Shown piece by piece: positions 16,612 to 20,000 of a stretch of 20,000 bases of DNA. Source of the stretch: an uncultured virus (IMG/VR IMGVR_UViG_3300021254_000023) (taxonomy: Duplodnaviria > Heunggongvirae > Uroviricota > Caudoviricetes); the IMG/VR virus record IMGVR_UViG_3300021254_000023, one strand, 5' to 3'. The notes below the pieces were generated by a model. It was not told where the DNA came from. It did not search any database and worked only from the letters and a program-made list of their open reading frames with translations. The position numbers and the translations under genes were made by a program. Each line of letters starts with the position of its first letter. The stretch's first letter is position 1.

Positions 16612-17807
16612 TATTTAAGCTCATCTGCCGTGATAGCTGCTTTACCAGTACCGTACATCTCTTCAAGGTCTTTAGCAATACCACGAAGTTCCTCACTAGT
16701 TTCTTTATTAATTCTAGAGATCTCTGCACGAGCTTCAGCTCTCTTTTGAGCTGCTTCGCGTATATTCTGAGCAGACGTCTTGAGGGCCTCCACAACGCTT
16801 GTGTTAGCCTGACGGTAGGTATCGAGATCGATGATATCACGCATGGCATTCTCCTCTACCTTGATAGTGATGTTCTTCATGTTCTCGGCATTCTGAACAA
16901 TCATCTTGTTGTGCATATCTTTGATAAGTTTCTGAGACTCTGCAATCTCTTCACTTCTCTGATCAATGATAGCGATGGCGATAGAGGTTTCCCACTCTGG
17001 AAGCACGTGATTCCTGATATTCTCTGCACTGGAGGCCAAGATCTCAGTATTATCTTTCATCTTCTGAATCTGCGGGAGAAGGATGTGGCCATTATATTGA
17101 GCTGCCATGAACAGCTGGTGACCACGCTCATCAATCTTCTCAAGGAATCTCTTCTTTGCGATAAGCTCCTGATCTGACCACTTACCTGGAGTTTCTCCAT
17201 TCTCCTTAAGCATTCTGTTGTACTCATCTTCAGTATCCTTATAGAGCTGAGCGAGGGCAACATAGTCCATACCAAGCTGCTCTATATAGGAGACAGTCTT
17301 TCTCTGAATCTCATCCAAGGTATTGTAATCCTGGAAGAGGTCGGCCTGTTGTGTTGCCAGAGAGTCAGAGACACGGCCAATAGTCTTCTTAGCGGATTCG
17401 TGCTTCTGAATGAGTTTATCTACACGAGCTGCTGCCGGGACTCCGATAAAGGGGAGTTTGGCTACGAATTTTTTCCAACCGGTCAGTTTGTCTGGATCTG
17501 CGAGCTGAGACTCATTAATGACGTCTACAATCTCCTGGATATAACCACCGACAGGACCGGCCTTATCTATCTTGTTCATTTCCAGCAACTTTGCTGAGCA
17601 CTCACTCTTCGTGGACTCAAGCTTGATACCGAAAGATGACAAGGTCTTCTCGTCTTTTACGTGGCGAGTGATCTCACGACAACGAGCAACTGCCTCTGGA
17701 GACAAGCTACTGACGTCAACGCGACCATCTTCACCAACAACACGACTAAGTTTCACCAATGCGTCGTCCGCATTTTCTCTTACTGTTTTTACAATTTCGT
17801 TTGCCAT
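16611..17807 (-). CDS. telA: Toxic anion resistance protein TelA/KlaA family
   Basis: Helical ~400-aa protein with TLSSFG, KKFVAKLPFIG, LPQIQKMKDNTEIL, VLPEWETSIAIAI, MIVQNAENMK and IIDLDTYRQAN matching the TelA pattern. Confidence 0.88.
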   Translation of the reverse strand: MANEIVKTVRENADDALVKLSRVVGEDGRVDVSSLSPEAVARCREITRHVKDEKTLSSFGIKLESTKSECSAKLLEMNKIDKAGPVGGYIQEIVDVINESQLADPDKLTGWKKFVAKLPFIGVPAAARVDKLIQKHESAKKTIGRVSDSLATQQADLFQDYNTLDEIQRKTVSYIEQLGMDYVALAQLYKDTEDEYNRMLKENGETPGKWSDQELIAKKRFLEKIDERGHQLFMAAQYNGHILLPQIQKMKDNTEILASSAENIRNHVLPEWETSIAIAIIDQRSEEIAESQKLIKDMHNKMIVQNAENMKNITIKVEENAMRDIIDLDTYRQANTSVVEALKTSAQNIREAAQKRAEARAEISRINKETSEELRGIAKDLEEMYGTGKAAITADELK

Positions 17808-17832
17808 ACTTTAAAATAGTTTATGTTTATCA

Positions 17833-17843
17833 CATCTATAAGG
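17833..17843 (-). promoter_or_regulatory. Promoter-like motif CCTTATAGATG
   Basis: 25 nt upstream of the telA ATG, immediately after hairpin AAAACCCTTGGATTAGTCCTTGGGTTTT. Confidence 0.6.
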
Positions 17844-17860
17844 AAATAAAAACCCAAGGA

Positions 17861-18544
17861 CTAATCCAAGGGTTTTGTCATGTCATACTTATAAAGTTCG
17901 GTCGGAGAGACGGGATGTTCCTCAAAGAATTCTTTACATCTCTTCTTTCTAAACTCTAGTTCTCCTTCTGGAGTTTTAAATGTACTTTGAAGCCATCCGT
18001 AGGAAGAATACTCTTTCTTTTTCTTCTTCTCAGACTTCCAACGCTTCTTGATTTTCTCTAAGAAGGCTTTTTCATTCTTTAATTCTTCACGAAGTTCGAT
18101 CATCATAGGCCAATCTTCCATGAAGCTAATGATATCGTAGGTCTGTCTTTCTTCAGGCTTTAAATTCTTAATCCATTCCCACTCTTCCTTAGAAGGTCTT
18201 CGAAGAAGTCGACCTTGATCATCTTTAATATAAAAGTAATCAGAGTCAATCACATAGTAATTCTTAAGGAGATAGTCTATAACATCGTCCTTAGCTTCAT
18301 CAATATCAAGCATGGACCAACCGTCGGGGATCCATTCATAGGATTCACCCCACTCTTTGTCTATCGGACTTGTATTATCATAGACTGACAGTTCACCTCC
18401 CATACCAGAGCATTTCTTAGAATCAATAGACTCAAGGTCCTGTAAGATGTCATCAACACTTCTTCCATAGTTTCTAAAAACGAAAACTTCAGAACTACTA
18501 TTAGTTATGACATCTGTTCTACTTTTTATTCTTCTTTTTGCCAC
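17861..18544 (-). CDS. 'TNSSSE'-motif family hypothetical protein, paralogue 3
   Basis: N-terminus RIKSRTDVITNSSSEVFVF; also SGMGGELSVY and PDGWSMLDID. Confidence 0.8.
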   Translation of the reverse strand: MAKRRIKSRTDVITNSSSEVFVFRNYGRSVDDILQDLESIDSKKCSGMGGELSVYDNTSPIDKEWGESYEWIPDGWSMLDIDEAKDDVIDYLLKNYYVIDSDYFYIKDDQGRLLRRPSKEEWEWIKNLKPEERQTYDIISFMEDWPMMIELREELKNEKAFLEKIKKRWKSEKKKKKEYSSYGWLQSTFKTPEGELEFRKKRCKEFFEEHPVSPTELYKYDMTKPLD

Positions 18545-18822
18545 GTTGTATCTTTTACTTTGTTCTTACCAAACGCTCTTTTTAAGTGTTTTTCAGTATC
18601 CAGTAATCCACAAGGACCATGGAGATACTCTATATCTACAGCTGTTCCATCGAAGGTGTCACTAAACTCCGCTGTAAAGATATTTGGCTTTTTAGGATTG
18701 TCTCTTGTCCCAAATGTTCCTAAGCCTTCCAGATAATCATACCAAGTTTCCATGACTGCTTCCCAGTCACCACTTTTCTTTATCTGATAGGATTCTATAA
18801 CTTCATCATATCGGTCAATCAT
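18526..18822 (-). CDS. Hypothetical protein, 98 aa
   Basis: ATGA overlap with the upstream gene; tiles the operon. Confidence 0.7.
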   Translation of the reverse strand: MIDRYDEVIESYQIKKSGDWEAVMETWYDYLEGLGTFGTRDNPKKPNIFTAEFSDTFDGTAVDIEYLHGPCGLLDTEKHLKRAFGKNKVKDTTWQKEE

Positions 18823-19307
18823 GTAGTGTAATGCTCGATAAAAGTTCTTTTATTTTTCTTCATCCACGTTTCCATCGGCTTAATACTGCTGTTCCAGTGA
18901 TCAAGCTCTCCGTAAGCATTCCCGATAAGCTTATTCCAGGAGGGATCAGCAAGAACTTTGTCCCAAAACTCTTTATCTTTTTTCTCAAAGTATTCTTTAA
19001 CTTCTGTTACTGTATGACCAAAGTCAATAAGTACTTGGAGAAGTGCGTTACTGGTTCGTAAGTTCATAGAAGGAGGGACAGCGGCTGGGAGATTCATCCC
19101 TGAAGGAGGTCTCATTATACGCTTAATATCTTCTTTGCTATGATATACTTTTGTATTTCTAGTAAGAGAAGATTCAATATACTCCTTATTTTCTAGGTCA
19201 GATTCTCTAAGCCACTCCATAAAATCATCCCAGTCCTGAACTTTCATAATGAATACTTCAGAACTACTATTGGTTATTACATCTGTTTTGCTTCGTATTC
19301 TAAACAT
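18819..19307 (-). CDS. 'TNSSSE'-motif family hypothetical protein, paralogue 2
   Basis: N-terminus MFRIRSKTDVITNSSSEVFIM. Confidence 0.8.
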   Translation of the reverse strand: MFRIRSKTDVITNSSSEVFIMKVQDWDDFMEWLRESDLENKEYIESSLTRNTKVYHSKEDIKRIMRPPSGMNLPAAVPPSMNLRTSNALLQVLIDFGHTVTEVKEYFEKKDKEFWDKVLADPSWNKLIGNAYGELDHWNSSIKPMETWMKKNKRTFIEHYTT

Positions 19308-19999
19308 TTTTGTACACTTGAATAATATCGTTCAACTTTTTCATACTCTGGCCAAATTTTCTGAATCTCTTTATCAGATTTTACATTAGCCATTCTATTC
19401 TGAATCTCTTCCCACTTCTTTTTCCAATAATCTCCTAACCAATCCCAGAAAAGATTTTTTGGAGAATGTTTAGGCCAATCTAGGCACTGAATATAGTCTG
19501 GATTAGTCATTATCCATCTTCTCTTCTCCTGGAAAGCAGAGTCCAAGTCGATGGCTAGGTAACCGTCGGGAAGACATTCAAAGGGTTTATGCTCATCAAC
19601 AATATCACTTGCCTCAGATTCATAGTCTTCCCAATCCCAGTAGTTACAATCGTTCTTTGTGGTCTGATTGTTATAAACTTCTATAATTCCTCCCATCCCA
19701 GAAACACGATCATCTTCCTCTTTTATACTCCTCAGAAATAGTTCCATGTTCTCTGGGCTTTTATCACTTTTCATGATAAAAACTTCAGACGAGGAATTAG
19801 TTACTACGTCCGTCTTGTTCTTTACTTTCACTGTTGGGTTTGTATAGTAAATTATTTTATTCTCTTTGATTATTTGTCGTTTTAGAAACCAAGAGGATAC
19901 TTTCCTAACTGCTAGGTAACTAAGATCTTCTATACTAACAATATGGTAAGGAGTTATCTCACCATGTTCATTATCATAGTTAATCTGTTTTACTCCAAG
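19277..19999 (-). CDS. 'TNSSSE'-motif family protein, paralogue 1; frame open to window edge
   Basis: VKVKNKTDVVTNSSSEVFIM, SGMGGIIEVY and PDGYLAIDLD. 56 stop-free codons precede the GTG at 19831, so the true start may lie outside the window. Confidence 0.75.
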   Translation of the reverse strand, partial: LGVKQINYDNEHGEITPYHIVSIEDLSYLAVRKVSSWFLKRQIIKENKIIYYTNPTVKVKNKTDVVTNSSSEVFIMKSDKSPENMELFLRSIKEEDDRVSGMGGIIEVYNNQTTKNDCNYWDWEDYESEASDIVDEHKPFECLPDGYLAIDLDSAFQEKRRWIMTNPDYIQCLDWPKHSPKNLFWDWLGDYWKKKWEEIQNRMANVKSDKEIQKIWPEYEKVERYYSSVQKCLEYEAKQM

Positions 20000-20000
20000 C

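Noticed and set aside
16575..17177. 200-aa plus-strand ORF, and similar antisense ORFs at 906..1235, 2163..2741, 8780..9199, 12917..13225 and 15608..15937
   Set aside because: These are shadow frames opposite well-supported minus-strand genes, with no motifs or expression signals.
17861..19831. TNSSSE repeats as a diversity-generating retroelement template/variable repeat pair
   Set aside because: Similarity is short and at the protein level with synonymous differences, it is not adenine-specific, and no reverse transcriptase is present in the window.
1..20000. Stop-codon reassignment (TAG to Gln) as in Lak and some crAss-like phages
   Set aside because: Genes tile densely in code 11, recognised proteins are full length, and TAG serves as a genuine terminal stop (e.g. 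252, 6051, 15544).
1..20000. CRISPR array, tRNA genes, transposase or integrase
   Set aside because: No regularly spaced direct repeats, cloverleaf or recombinase motifs were seen, and intergenic spaces are short and otherwise explained.

Overview
Gene-dense, AT-rich segment that reads as part of a large (probably jumbo) bacteriophage genome in standard code 11. A Bacteroidota host is inferred from the SD-less A-rich leaders and a TAnnTTTG-like promoter element. Most genes lie on the minus strand, with a plus-strand block at 5410-7928. Recognisable products are an AAA+ ATPase, RtcB RNA ligase, a DUF488 protein, a Cx5R phosphatase, DUF3307, a 3D-domain protein, a DHH phosphoesterase, TelA, a degenerate HAD phosphatase and three paralogues with an N-terminal 'TDVxTNSSSEVF' motif. 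Main observations: (1) a 262-nt ORF-less group I intron (1356-1617, minus) splits the AAA+ ATPase inside Walker A (GTG^KT); (2) a motif CCTTAtanaTG occurs 9 times at transcription-unit starts, often directly after a hairpin; (3) one copy precedes no substantial ORF but a ~130-nt terminator-ended candidate sRNA (13567-13697) that is complementary to the leaders of telA and the 518-aa gene; (4) RtcB, DUF488 and the phosphatase form a translationally coupled module; (5) a 357-aa protein carries polymerase-palm-like motifs. All family assignments come from motif recognition by eye, not from database searches.
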